Assembly: GCA_021820025.1 (NCBI GenBank) | Contig: JAKAEF010000001.1 | Coordinates: 1-34,874 of the forward strand | Length of the DNA stretch: 34,874 bases | Direction of reading: 5' to 3' | Origin: a bacterium | Lineage (GTDB): Bacteria; Patescibacteriota; Microgenomatia; Levybacterales; UBA12049 | Shown here: one piece after another, positions 17,387-26,091 of the stretch | Numbering within the stretch: the first letter of the stretch is position 1 | How the letters are laid out: every line of letters starts with the position of its first letter | Position numbers and translations under genes: made by a program | The notes under the pieces: model-generated | Told to the model about the DNA's origin: nothing | Seen by the model: only the letters and a program-made list of their open reading frames with translations | The model's database searches: none

Positions 17387-20118
17387 ATTTGTTTTTCTTG
17401 CAATTTTTGGTGTTCTTTCATTAAGCAAAAATCAGAAACAATAGTGACATTATGTTCTCTTGCATAATTTTCTGCTTTTGTATTTCTTACTCCTTCTGGT
17501 AACCAAATTGTTTTTATTCCTTTTTTAATTGCCTCTTCAACATGTGGAAATACTTCTTCTGATCTTCTATAAATTGCAACCATATCTACTGACTTTTCAA
17601 TTTCTAATAAATTTTTATATGCTTTTTCTCCTAACACTTCTCCAATTGCTGGATTAACAGGAACAATAGAAAATCCTTTTGATTGTAAATAAATACCAAC
17701 CTTATGACTGTATCTGTCTGGATCCTGAGAAATTCCAACAATTGCAATTGTTTTTGCTTTTTGCAAAACATTTAATTGGATTGCATCATCTAATGGATTA
17801 TTTTGTATATCAAAATGCCATTCTTCTAATTCTATTGGATCAACTCCATATTCTGTTATGTAAGCCAAATGTTCTTCCAAAGCATTTTTGTAATGATCAA
17901 TTATTTTTTTTGCTTTTTCTAAAGAAATTACTTTTTGTTTTTCCATTTTTTCAATTATTTCTATTGCTAAATGATATCTACTTGTTTTATTTCTCATATG
18001 CATATCAAAAGGTGTTGTTGTCCCACCCAATTCTAAATATCCATGAACAGAAAATCTTTGAGGATTTTTTATGTGGAAAAATATTGACTCCAAATCTTCA
18101 GGATATCCATGATAATTTACAATAACAGGTTTATCGGAAGTAAAATATTTTTCTGCATTTGGAATCTGATTTTTTTGTTGATCTCGTCCTGACAAGCGAA
18201 CAATATTTACAAAGCGAATCTTAATTTCCGGTGCTACAACTTTTACCATTTCTAAAGCAGCCATTGCTTCCTTTGTTACATAGTCCCCAACTCCCGCAAT
18301 AACAATGTCAGGGTTTTCATCACTTGCAAATTCCCAAATTAAAAGTCCGTCTTCCAAAGATTTTTGTGCTTGTTGTAACGTAAGCCATCTTGGTTCTATA
18401 GTTTTACCAGCAACAATTGCATTAATACCATTTGTTGATGCTAATGTTTCGTCTAAAACTGCAAGCATACTATTGTCATCAACAGGGAAATAAACTTTTA
18501 TTTTGTCATCATGTTTTTCTAAAAGTGAACTGACAAATGATGGATTCTGGTGCGTAAATCCATTGTGTTCTTGTCTCCATAAAACTGAAGAAAGCATGTA
18601 ATTTATAGATGCATATGGTCCCCGCCATGAAAGAGTTCTGGCAACTTTTAAAAACTTTTCATATTGATGCGTCATGCTGGAAAAAATTTGTGCAAATGCT
18701 TCATAAGTTGTAAATACAGCATGTCGTCCTGTTAAAATATATCCTTGGGCTAACCCATGTAAATTAGTTTCTGATAACATTTCCATAACTCTTCCATCTT
18801 GTGTCATATCTTTATCGTCTTTACTAATTGGCCAAACAAATGCTCTGCTTGTCTCTTTAAAAACAGTATCCAGTCTGTTGGAGTATGTTTCGTCAGGAGA
18901 CATAAGACGAAAATTATTTTTATTTAATGCAAAAACTTGTTGCAAATATTCACCAGCTTTTTTCATGCTGTTAGATCCCAATTTCCCGGGAACTTCAAAT
19001 TTTGTTTCTAAATTTTCTGTTTTTGGAAGAATTAATTTTTTAAAAAAATTTTTACTGTATGCATGAGGATTATTTCCAATTCTCAACTTTTCTTCAGGAA
19101 GAATATTAAAAATTTCTTTTGAAAATCCTTTATCTTTAGAAAAAACATCATTAAACTTATAAGAAGTTAGCCAATCTTCAATTGCCTCTAACTCATATTC
19201 ATCTTTTCTTGCATTTGGAGCAACAACTTGATGTGCTAAAATATTTCCTTCAATTTTTTTCTTATTTAATTCTTTTATTCCAGTCCATCCTTTTGCTGTC
19301 TGTAAAATAATCATTGGAAATTTAGGAGAAACAATTTTTTTGCCTGAACGCGCATCTTTTTGAATTTTTTTAATTTTTGCTAAACAAGTATCTAATGTTT
19401 TTACCATGTCTTCATAAATATGTTCTCCTGTAACAAAAAATGGTTCATATCCATATCCTTCAAAAAGATCTGATAACTCTTTATTAGACATGCGACCAAA
19501 GATTGTTGGACCAGAAATTTTATAGCCATTCACGTGCAATATAGGCAAAACTGCACCATTTATTGCAGGATCTATTAATTTATTTATATGCCAGCTAGAA
19601 GCAATAGGTCCAGTTTCTGCTTCTCCATCTCCAATCATACAAACAGCTAATAAATCTGGATTATCTAAAACAGCTCCATATGCAGTTCCTAAGGAGTAAC
19701 CTAACTCTCCACCTTCTAAAATTAATCCGGGCGCCTCAGGATTACTGTGACTTGATACACCATATGGCCAACTAAAAATTTTTGAAACCCAGGCAATCCC
19801 TTTTTCATCAAGAGTTGCTTCTTTGTAGTATTTCTCTAGTGTTCCTTCTAAGAATAAATTTGCCTGAAGTGCAGGAAATCCATGACCAGGTCCTAAAACA
19901 AACATGGTAGAAACTTCATGTTTTTTTACAAAATATTGTAAATTTGCATAAACAAAATTTATCCCTGGACATGTTCCCCAATGTCCAAACAAGCGTTGTT
20001 TAATATCTTTGCTAGATAGTTTTTCAGATAATAAATAATTATCTTTTAAATAAATTTGTGTTACTGTCAAATAATTTGCAGCACGAACATACGCTTTAAT
20101 TGCAGAAATATCATTCAT
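17383..20118 (-). CDS. xfp: xylulose-5-P/fructose-6-P phosphoketolase fused to a C-terminal CoA-binding (YccU/CoA_binding_2-like) domain
   Basis: Phosphoketolase motifs GHWGTCPG, EGGELGYSL and GDGEAETGP (ThDP site) are present. Length is 911 aa. The last ~139 aa (KTIAIVGISQDPDRYSHKVGIYLQSKGFSIVPVNP...VDMVAIYRRSE...IKTIWLPEG) match the small Rossmann CoA-binding family. Confidence 0.88.
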   Translation of the reverse strand: MNDISAIKAYVRAANYLTVTQIYLKDNYLLSEKLSSKDIKQRLFGHWGTCPGINFVYANLQYFVKKHEVSTMFVLGPGHGFPALQANLFLEGTLEKYYKEATLDEKGIAWVSKIFSWPYGVSSHSNPEAPGLILEGGELGYSLGTAYGAVLDNPDLLAVCMIGDGEAETGPIASSWHINKLIDPAINGAVLPILHVNGYKISGPTIFGRMSNKELSDLFEGYGYEPFFVTGEHIYEDMVKTLDTCLAKIKKIQKDARSGKKIVSPKFPMIILQTAKGWTGIKELNKKKIEGNILAHQVVAPNARKDEYELEAIEDWLTSYKFNDVFSKDKGFSKEIFNILPEEKLRIGNNPHAYSKNFFKKLILPKTENLETKFEVPGKLGSNSMKKAGEYLQQVFALNKNNFRLMSPDETYSNRLDTVFKETSRAFVWPISKDDKDMTQDGRVMEMLSETNLHGLAQGYILTGRHAVFTTYEAFAQIFSSMTHQYEKFLKVARTLSWRGPYASINYMLSSVLWRQEHNGFTHQNPSFVSSLLEKHDDKIKVYFPVDDNSMLAVLDETLASTNGINAIVAGKTIEPRWLTLQQAQKSLEDGLLIWEFASDENPDIVIAGVGDYVTKEAMAALEMVKVVAPEIKIRFVNIVRLSGRDQQKNQIPNAEKYFTSDKPVIVNYHGYPEDLESIFFHIKNPQRFSVHGYLELGGTTTPFDMHMRNKTSRYHLAIEIIEKMEKQKVISLEKAKKIIDHYKNALEEHLAYITEYGVDPIELEEWHFDIQNNPLDDAIQLNVLQKAKTIAIVGISQDPDRYSHKVGIYLQSKGFSIVPVNPAIGEVLGEKAYKNLLEIEKSVDMVAIYRRSEEVFPHVEEAIKKGIKTIWLPEGVRNTKAENYAREHNVTIVSDFCLMKEHQKLQEKQI

Positions 20119-20130
20119 AATTTATTTTCT

Positions 20131-21885
20131 TTAATAATCCTCAAGAGTAGAGGTATCACCTTCAGGAAGACCTAATTCCCTAGATTTTAATAAGCGGCGC
20201 ATAATTTTGCCCGAGCGGGTTTTAGGAAGTTTATCTATAAATTCTATTTCCCGTGGATATGCATGGCCTGCCAAATGTTGTTTTACATACGCCATAATTC
20301 TCTTTTTTGTTTCTTCATTTTTTTCAACGCCTGGTTTTACAACAACAAAGGCTTTAATAATTTCTCCACGTAACTCATCTGGTTTTCCAATAACTCCTGC
20401 TTCTATAACATCTTCATGTTCGACAAGTGCACTTTCAACTTCAAACGGACCTACACGTTCTCCAGATGTTTTTATAACATCATCTGCTCGTCCAACAAAC
20501 CAAAAATACCCATCTTTATCTTTAAATGCTTTATCTCCAGACAAATACCATCCATTTCTAAAGTATGAATCAAATTTTTCTTTATTTCCCCAAATTTGTT
20601 TCATTAAAGAATAAATTGTTTCCGGCTTTAGTGCTAAATGTCCTTCTTCTCCAACAGGTACTTCTTTCCCATCTTCATCAATTACTGCTGCGATAACACC
20701 TGGGAGTGGCTTTCCCATACTGCCTGGCCTAACATCCATAACAGAATAATTTGTTACGGTTATTGATCCTTGTTCTGTTTGCCACCACGTATCATGGAAT
20801 GGTAATCCAAATGCTTCTAACCCCCACCAAATTGCTTCAGGATTTAATGGTTCACCAACACTGGCCAAAAATCGAAGATTTGATAAGTTATATTCCTTTG
20901 GAGAAACAGGAGATCCCATAAGCATTCTAATTGCAGTTGGGGCTGTATACCAAACAGTTACTTGGTAATCTTGCAAAACTTTGTACCAATTTTCGGGAGA
21001 AAATCTTCCTTCAAAAATTACAGAAGTTGCTCCCAAACCAAACGGACCTAATGCTCCATAGACAACTCCTGTTACCCAGCCTAAATCCGCTGTACACCAA
21101 TAAATATCATCTTCGTGTACATCTAAAACAAATTTTGTTGTTACCATTGCCTGTACAATATCTCCATGTGCATGCACAACACCCTTTGGTTTTCCTGTTG
21201 TTCCAGAGGTATAGAGCATGTAAGAAAGATCTTCTTTTTGCATATGAGCAATTGCAAAATCTGCAGAAGCTTTTTCCATTTCATGTTTATAATAAATAAG
21301 ATTTTCTCCTTTGGGTTGATCAACAGATCCTCTTTCTACAATAATTACTTTTTCAAGTGCAGGTAAATCTTTCCAGATTTTTTGAATTCTTGGAAAAAGA
21401 GTTGCATTGGTAACAACAACCTTTGCTCCACTATCTAATAAGCGATCCATTAATGCCATTTCCATAAATGCGGAGAATAATGTTCCTGCAATTGCACCAA
21501 GTTTTAAGATGCCAAAAAAAACAACTAATCGCTCAGGAATTGTTGGTAAGAAAATAAAAACTCTATCTCCTTTTTGTACTCCATGCAAATCTAAAACATT
21601 AGCAAATTTATTTGTTAAATCTTTTAATTGGCCATAGGTATATGTTTCTTTTTCACCAGTTGCACTTTCAAATAAAAGTGCATTTTTAGAAGCACTTTTT
21701 CCGATAGCATGTCTGTCAATTGCAATATAAGAAGCATTTAAAGTTCCGTCTTCAAAAAAATCTAAATATTCTTTTTCTGCTTTTTTCCATGTAAACTCTT
21801 TATAGGTTTTTTCGTAATCAGAAAGGTTTGGTTTTTTAACAAATTTTTTGGGGTCTTTGTGAATTATATTTGCACCTGTATTCAT
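20131..21885 (-). CDS. acs: AMP-forming acetyl-CoA synthetase / acyl-CoA synthetase
   Basis: The AMP-binding motif is YTSGTTGKPKGV, and the A10 motif is LPKTRSGKIMRR. I prefer the start at ATG 21885. The listed TTG start at 21933 lies inside a TTGACA -35 box. Confidence 0.88.
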   Translation of the reverse strand: MNTGANIIHKDPKKFVKKPNLSDYEKTYKEFTWKKAEKEYLDFFEDGTLNASYIAIDRHAIGKSASKNALLFESATGEKETYTYGQLKDLTNKFANVLDLHGVQKGDRVFIFLPTIPERLVVFFGILKLGAIAGTLFSAFMEMALMDRLLDSGAKVVVTNATLFPRIQKIWKDLPALEKVIIVERGSVDQPKGENLIYYKHEMEKASADFAIAHMQKEDLSYMLYTSGTTGKPKGVVHAHGDIVQAMVTTKFVLDVHEDDIYWCTADLGWVTGVVYGALGPFGLGATSVIFEGRFSPENWYKVLQDYQVTVWYTAPTAIRMLMGSPVSPKEYNLSNLRFLASVGEPLNPEAIWWGLEAFGLPFHDTWWQTEQGSITVTNYSVMDVRPGSMGKPLPGVIAAVIDEDGKEVPVGEEGHLALKPETIYSLMKQIWGNKEKFDSYFRNGWYLSGDKAFKDKDGYFWFVGRADDVIKTSGERVGPFEVESALVEHEDVIEAGVIGKPDELRGEIIKAFVVVKPGVEKNEETKKRIMAYVKQHLAGHAYPREIEFIDKLPKTRSGKIMRRLLKSRELGLPEGDTSTLEDY

Positions 21886-21904
21886 AATTTGGTAGATCGT
21901 GGTT

Positions 21905-21933
21905 ATAGTAACAAGGTTTCTTTTATCTGTCAA
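21905..21933 (-). promoter_or_regulatory. promoter for the acs-xfp transcription unit
   Basis: The minus strand reads TTGACA (21933-21928), 17 nt, then TACTAT (21910-21905). The ATG lies 19 nt further on, at 21885. Confidence 0.45.
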
Positions 21934-21964
21934 TTTGTTATAGATCTATCACAAATAAACAATA

Positions 21965-21984
21965 TTTGTTAAAAATTTAACAAA
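21965..21984 (-). terminator. AT-rich hairpin between GNAT and acs (weak terminator candidate)
   Basis: The minus strand reads TTTGTTAAA-TT-TTTAACAAA, followed by TATTGTTTATTTG. It lies between the GNAT stop (21999) and the acs promoter. Confidence 0.3.
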
Positions 21985-21998
21985 AAATGTAATATGTT

Positions 21999-22529
21999 TT
22001 ATAACTGTCTAACTAATGTAGATACACCAGGAACATATTGAGATCTAACCTGAAATCCTCGATGCAACAATGCTTGTTCTGATACTGCATTTTCTGGTTG
22101 CGCCTTTATTGTTGAATATCCTGCTTCTTTTGCAGCAAAACAAAGCCGCTCTACTAATTGACTCATTATACCTATTTGTCTAAATTTAGGAGCAATATAA
22201 ATATCTTCTAATACTGCTTCTGTTCTTGGCTCTCCAGCGATTGCACCTGAATAAAATCCATATCCTACAATATTTCCTCTGTTATCTCTGACAAGTTCTA
22301 TTAAATAATCTCTCTGATCTTCTATAAAACTACCAATTAATGCAGCTGTAGCATCTGTTTCTTGATGTAAAGTTGCTTTCCTACGAAAACGTTCACCCGC
22401 TGCTCGAGCATGTTCTCCTGCCCAATTAGTTCTCAATCTACCAATTTCCGTTACTACTCTTTGCGTTTCTGGATCTATATCTCTAGATTGTAACTGTGAA
22501 TAATCAATTATTCCGTATCTTTCGCGCAT
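21999..22529 (-). CDS. GNAT-family N-acetyltransferase (K-poor/R-rich)
   Basis: The GNAT core is NIVGYGFYSG...VLEDIYIAPKFRQIGIMSQLVERL...AKEAGYSTIKA...A...LHRGF. The first ATG is at 22529; the listed 22550 start is TTG. This is the last gene after coaBC and pantoate kinase. Confidence 0.8.
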   Translation of the reverse strand: MRERYGIIDYSQLQSRDIDPETQRVVTEIGRLRTNWAGEHARAAGERFRRKATLHQETDATAALIGSFIEDQRDYLIELVRDNRGNIVGYGFYSGAIAGEPRTEAVLEDIYIAPKFRQIGIMSQLVERLCFAAKEAGYSTIKAQPENAVSEQALLHRGFQVRSQYVPGVSTLVRQL

Positions 22530-22543
22530 ATTTGTATTATATA

Positions 22544-23350
22544 TTAACAAATTAAAAATTGTTGAGACCCTGCAAATGGTATATTACTAAACACTCCATT
22601 TCCAAGCATTATCATAGAAGCAACTCCGCCTTTATTTTCTATTTCTTGAATTGTTTGTATAACTTCTTGATCTTGCAATAACCCACTAGTCGTAGCAAAT
22701 TCTTTTGAAATAGTAATGACATTTTCTAATGTTATTTTTTTCTCTTTATAAAGAGCATCAATTTTTTCAATTGCTGTTTTTCCAGCAACATCAATTTTTT
22801 CTTTTATTACTGGATTTTGAATAACAGATTTTGTTTCAAGTGTACTAAAAAATCGACAATAAATTGGAATATTTGCTATTGGTAAATGTATAACTTTAAA
22901 CAGATAACTAGGATCTTTTTTCAGTAAAAATCCTCCAAAATATTCATTTGTTATATCTCCCAGCCCTGTTCCGTTTTCTACTTCTGCAATATGAGAAAGC
23001 TTTGCCAACTCTATTTTTCCTTTTTGTAAATTAAGTAAATCATTTATTGCATATGCTGTTGCAAGTGTTGCTGCCCCGCTTAATCCAAATCCTCCGCCAA
23101 GTGGTAAATCAGAAATAATTGAGACTTCTAATGGTATGTCTGTTAACTTTTTTATAACAGATAAAACGGGACCAATATGTATTTCTTTTTTGTTTAAAAA
23201 AATTTTTGTATTTGCAGCTTTTGCAACTGTTGCCGTTGCTCCCTTAGATATTGTAAATCCAACACCCGTTGAACCTGTTGTTTCAGGTGTTTCTCCTTTA
23301 TGAATTCTAAAAATACAAGAAATATTTCCGGGAGCAAATGCTGTTGTCAT
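22544..23350 (-). CDS. GHMP-family kinase, archaeal-type pantoate kinase candidate
   Basis: The GHMP phosphate-binding loop is DLPLGGGFGLSGAATLA. The HIAEVENGTGLGDI motif fits my memory of the archaeal pantoate kinase family. Its start overlaps the coaBC stop (ATGA at 23347-23350). Confidence 0.6.
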   Translation of the reverse strand: MTTAFAPGNISCIFRIHKGETPETTGSTGVGFTISKGATATVAKAANTKIFLNKKEIHIGPVLSVIKKLTDIPLEVSIISDLPLGGGFGLSGAATLATAYAINDLLNLQKGKIELAKLSHIAEVENGTGLGDITNEYFGGFLLKKDPSYLFKVIHLPIANIPIYCRFFSTLETKSVIQNPVIKEKIDVAGKTAIEKIDALYKEKKITLENVITISKEFATTSGLLQDQEVIQTIQEIENKGGVASMIMLGNGVFSNIPFAGSQQFLIC

Positions 23351-24543
23351 AATACATTTTCAATTATTTTTTGTGCAATTTGTTGTTTTGTATTTAGAGG
23401 AATATGTATCTCTTCTCCTGTATTTTTTAATATATATACTTCATTGGTATCAACTAAAAATCCTGTTTTTTCTCCAACTACATTTGCAACAATTGCAAAA
23501 ATATTTGTTTGTTTTAATCGTTGTTTTGATTTTATTAGTAAATTTTGAACTGTTCCTGTTTCTGCTTTAAATGCAATTACCTTTACATTTTTATTCCATA
23601 ACATAATTTTTGATAGTATTTTTTCTTTAGGAATTAATTTTAAAATCATCTCTTTGTCTGAAGAAATTTTTCCATTAAATTTTTCTACTGAAAAATCAGC
23701 AACAGCTGCAGCATGAAAAACAATGTCAGTATTTTTAACTTCTTTTTGTAAAATTTCTTCTAATTCGTCTGCTGTTTCAAAAATAAGTTGCTTTATATTG
23801 TATTTTGGTTCTACAGAATTTTTAGCACGAATTATTGTTACATCTGCTCCTTGTAAAAAACATTCTTCCGCCAATGCTACTCCCATTTTCCCAGAAGATT
23901 TATTAGAAATAAATCGAACATCATCTATATATTCTTTTGTTCCGCCAGATGTTACTACAATTTTTTTCCCTTTTAATTTAGTTGATTTAGAAACTATAGA
24001 AGTAATCTCATTTATAATTACATCTAAATTTGCCAATCTTCCTTGCCCTTCATATCCGCATGCCAACATTCCAGAATCGGGATTAATAATAATATATCCA
24101 AGCGTTTTTAATTTCTTTATATTCTCTTGTGTAGCAGGATGATGCCACATATGCACATTCATGGAGGGGCAAACAATAATAGGGCAGGTTGCTGCCAACA
24201 CTGTTGTCGTTAAGTAATCATCCGCAATTCCATTTGCCAATTTTGCAATTATATTTGCAGTTGCTGGAGCAATAACAATTGCTTGAGCATTTCCAGCAAT
24301 TTGAATGTGTTCAACTTTTCTCTCTTGAAGAATCTTTTTTGTATTAATCGGTTTGTCAAACAAATTAGCAAAAACTTCTATCTTATTTTCTTTTTTAATT
24401 TTTTCAGGAGAAATCATTTCAGATGCTCCAGAAGTCATAATAACAACAACATTAATATTTTTTTGTTGCAGTTTTGTAATTATTTCCTGAGCTTTTACAA
24501 CAGCTATTCCTCCAGATAATCCTAGTATTACTTGCTGTTTCAT
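23347..24543 (-). CDS. coaBC: bifunctional phosphopantothenoylcysteine decarboxylase / phosphopantothenate-cysteine ligase
   Basis: The N-terminal flavoprotein part has GLSGGIAVVKA and PATANIIAKLANGIADDYLTT. The C-terminal CoaB part has VTSGGTKEYIDDVRFISNKSSGKMG. Confidence 0.93.
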   Translation of the reverse strand: MKQQVILGLSGGIAVVKAQEIITKLQQKNINVVVIMTSGASEMISPEKIKKENKIEVFANLFDKPINTKKILQERKVEHIQIAGNAQAIVIAPATANIIAKLANGIADDYLTTTVLAATCPIIVCPSMNVHMWHHPATQENIKKLKTLGYIIINPDSGMLACGYEGQGRLANLDVIINEITSIVSKSTKLKGKKIVVTSGGTKEYIDDVRFISNKSSGKMGVALAEECFLQGADVTIIRAKNSVEPKYNIKQLIFETADELEEILQKEVKNTDIVFHAAAVADFSVEKFNGKISSDKEMILKLIPKEKILSKIMLWNKNVKVIAFKAETGTVQNLLIKSKQRLKQTNIFAIVANVVGEKTGFLVDTNEVYILKNTGEEIHIPLNTKQQIAQKIIENVL

Positions 24544-24552
24544 AATAGGGGT

Positions 24553-24582
24553 ATTGTATCAATTTGTAAGTATAAGAGGCAA
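24553..24582 (-). promoter_or_regulatory. extended -10 promoter for the coaBC / pantoate kinase / GNAT operon
   Basis: The minus strand reads TTGCCT (24582-24577), 18 nt, then TGA-TACAAT (-10 at 24558-24553). The ATG at 24543 is 9 nt after the -10 box. Confidence 0.45.
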
Positions 24583-24583
24583 A

Positions 24584-25582
24584 CTAGGAGAGATTTCCAA
24601 GCTCTGCTGTTGCAATGGCAAAAAGAAATAACGGGATAAATCGTAAACCCTCAACTGCTATATATCTGCTCTGCCATTGAGGTAAAAATTTATTATTAAA
24701 CGAATATAAAGAACTACATTTATACATATAGGCAAGTGGAGTAAAAAAACAAGAAAGCATGGTACGTTTTATTTTTCCATATTCTTTTTGAGAATTCATA
24801 AAAGTTGCAAAATTTAAACTTACAATTTCTGATTTTTTTTGTTTGTAATAATCTAATGCTTGGAGAATTAAAAATTCCATAAGACCGTTTGGCGTATTTT
24901 TCCTTTTTCTCATTGCATCAAGAGACCAACTATTTCTTCCATAAATTGGGACCATGGATAAATATCCTAATATTGTACTATCTTGAATAGCTAGAATAAA
25001 TTCACAATCACTATCATATAATGCTGGAATTCTTCCTAAAGACATAGAAAATCCTCTTTCTCTATTTCCTTTTTGCTGTAACCATTCACAAGAAATTTCT
25101 TCGATTTGTGATAAATAATTCTGAGGAATATTTGCACGGGAAAAAATTTGACATGTTATTCCTAGTTTCTGAACATATTTTTCTGCACGTCTAACTTTTT
25201 TTTTAAGGTATTGTTTATTAAATTGTGACAAATGCATAATTGCTTCTTCTCCTACCTTTACAGTTTTATAATGTAGTTTTTTAAGTATCAATCTATTGTT
25301 AGCATGCAGTCCTATGAAACATGTTTTAAGGTTTGCACCTTTTGTAAAATAAATAAATTCTTTTAACAATTTTTCTGTTTCTTCTATTGGTCCAATAGGA
25401 TCGGCACTTACTAATGCAACATTTTTCCAAATTCTATAAGAAAGAAACGAACGCCCTGTTGATGAGAAAAAATACTTTCTGTTATCTTGCAAAGAAAAAT
25501 ACGATAAAGAATCGTATCCATATTTTTTTAATAATATTCTAACTGCAGAGAGAGTATGAGGACTCGTTTGTAAAGGTTTCAT
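24584..25582 (-). CDS. stand-alone DUF2156 protein (C-terminal aminoacyl-tRNA transferase domain of MprF/LysX-type aminoacyl-phosphatidylglycerol synthases)
   Basis: Family pattern seen: SLSYFSLQDNRKYFFSSTGRSFLSYRIWKNVALVSADPIGP, SLDAMRKRKNTPNGLMEFLI, SLNFA and YSFNNKFLPQWQSRYIA. No N-terminal transmembrane flippase region is present. Confidence 0.8.
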   Translation of the reverse strand: MKPLQTSPHTLSAVRILLKKYGYDSLSYFSLQDNRKYFFSSTGRSFLSYRIWKNVALVSADPIGPIEETEKLLKEFIYFTKGANLKTCFIGLHANNRLILKKLHYKTVKVGEEAIMHLSQFNKQYLKKKVRRAEKYVQKLGITCQIFSRANIPQNYLSQIEEISCEWLQQKGNRERGFSMSLGRIPALYDSDCEFILAIQDSTILGYLSMVPIYGRNSWSLDAMRKRKNTPNGLMEFLILQALDYYKQKKSEIVSLNFATFMNSQKEYGKIKRTMLSCFFTPLAYMYKCSSLYSFNNKFLPQWQSRYIAVEGLRFIPLFLFAIATAELGNLS

Positions 25583-25598
25583 ACAGGGGTTAACAGAC

Positions 25599-26075
25599 TT
25601 ATTCTACGGAGACAACAGTATATGCAACTTTACCAGCTGGTGCTTCTACTTCTATTTTCTCTCCAATTGCTTTACCCATTAATGCTTTACCAAGAGGAGA
25701 CTGGTCAGAAATTTTTTGTTGTGCAGGGTCTGCTTCCCATTCGCCAACTACAGTATATACTTGTTTTTTGCCACCAACATGTAAAGTTACAGTTGCCCCA
25801 AGTATTACTGTTTTTTTACCACCAGATTTTCCTGGTTTTTCTTCAATTATTTCTACCTGTTTGAGCATTTCTTCAAGCTCATCAATTCTTCCATCAATAA
25901 AAGATAATTCTTCTCGTGCAGCTTGATATTCTGCATTTTCAGAAAGATCACCTTGATTTCGTGCTTGAGAAACTGTCTCCAAAACTTCTGGTCTTCGGAC
26001 TTTTGCTAATTGGTCATACTCTTTTTTAAGAGTTTCCAAACCTTCTTTTGTTAAGTATATTTTTTTATCTGGCAT
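25599..26075 (-). CDS. greA: transcription elongation factor GreA
   Basis: ATG 26075 gives MPDKKIYLTKEGLETLKKEYDQL...RPEV...ARNQGDLSENAEYQAAREE, the canonical GreA N-terminus. The listed 26123 start is TTG and lies in the leader. Confidence 0.93.
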   Translation of the reverse strand: MPDKKIYLTKEGLETLKKEYDQLAKVRRPEVLETVSQARNQGDLSENAEYQAAREELSFIDGRIDELEEMLKQVEIIEEKPGKSGGKKTVILGATVTLHVGGKKQVYTVVGEWEADPAQQKISDQSPLGKALMGKAIGEKIEVEAPAGKVAYTVVSVE

Positions 26076-26091
26076 AGTTTTTAAAGAAAAT

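Noticed and set aside
17679-21637. Alternative-frame ORFs within xfp and acs (17679-18125, 18305-18493, 18878-19066, 20207-20614, 20931-21299, 21141-21323, 21166-21366, 21407-21637).
   Set aside because: All are nested in two long CDS with canonical motifs. None has an independent promoter or RBS signal or any recognisable motif.
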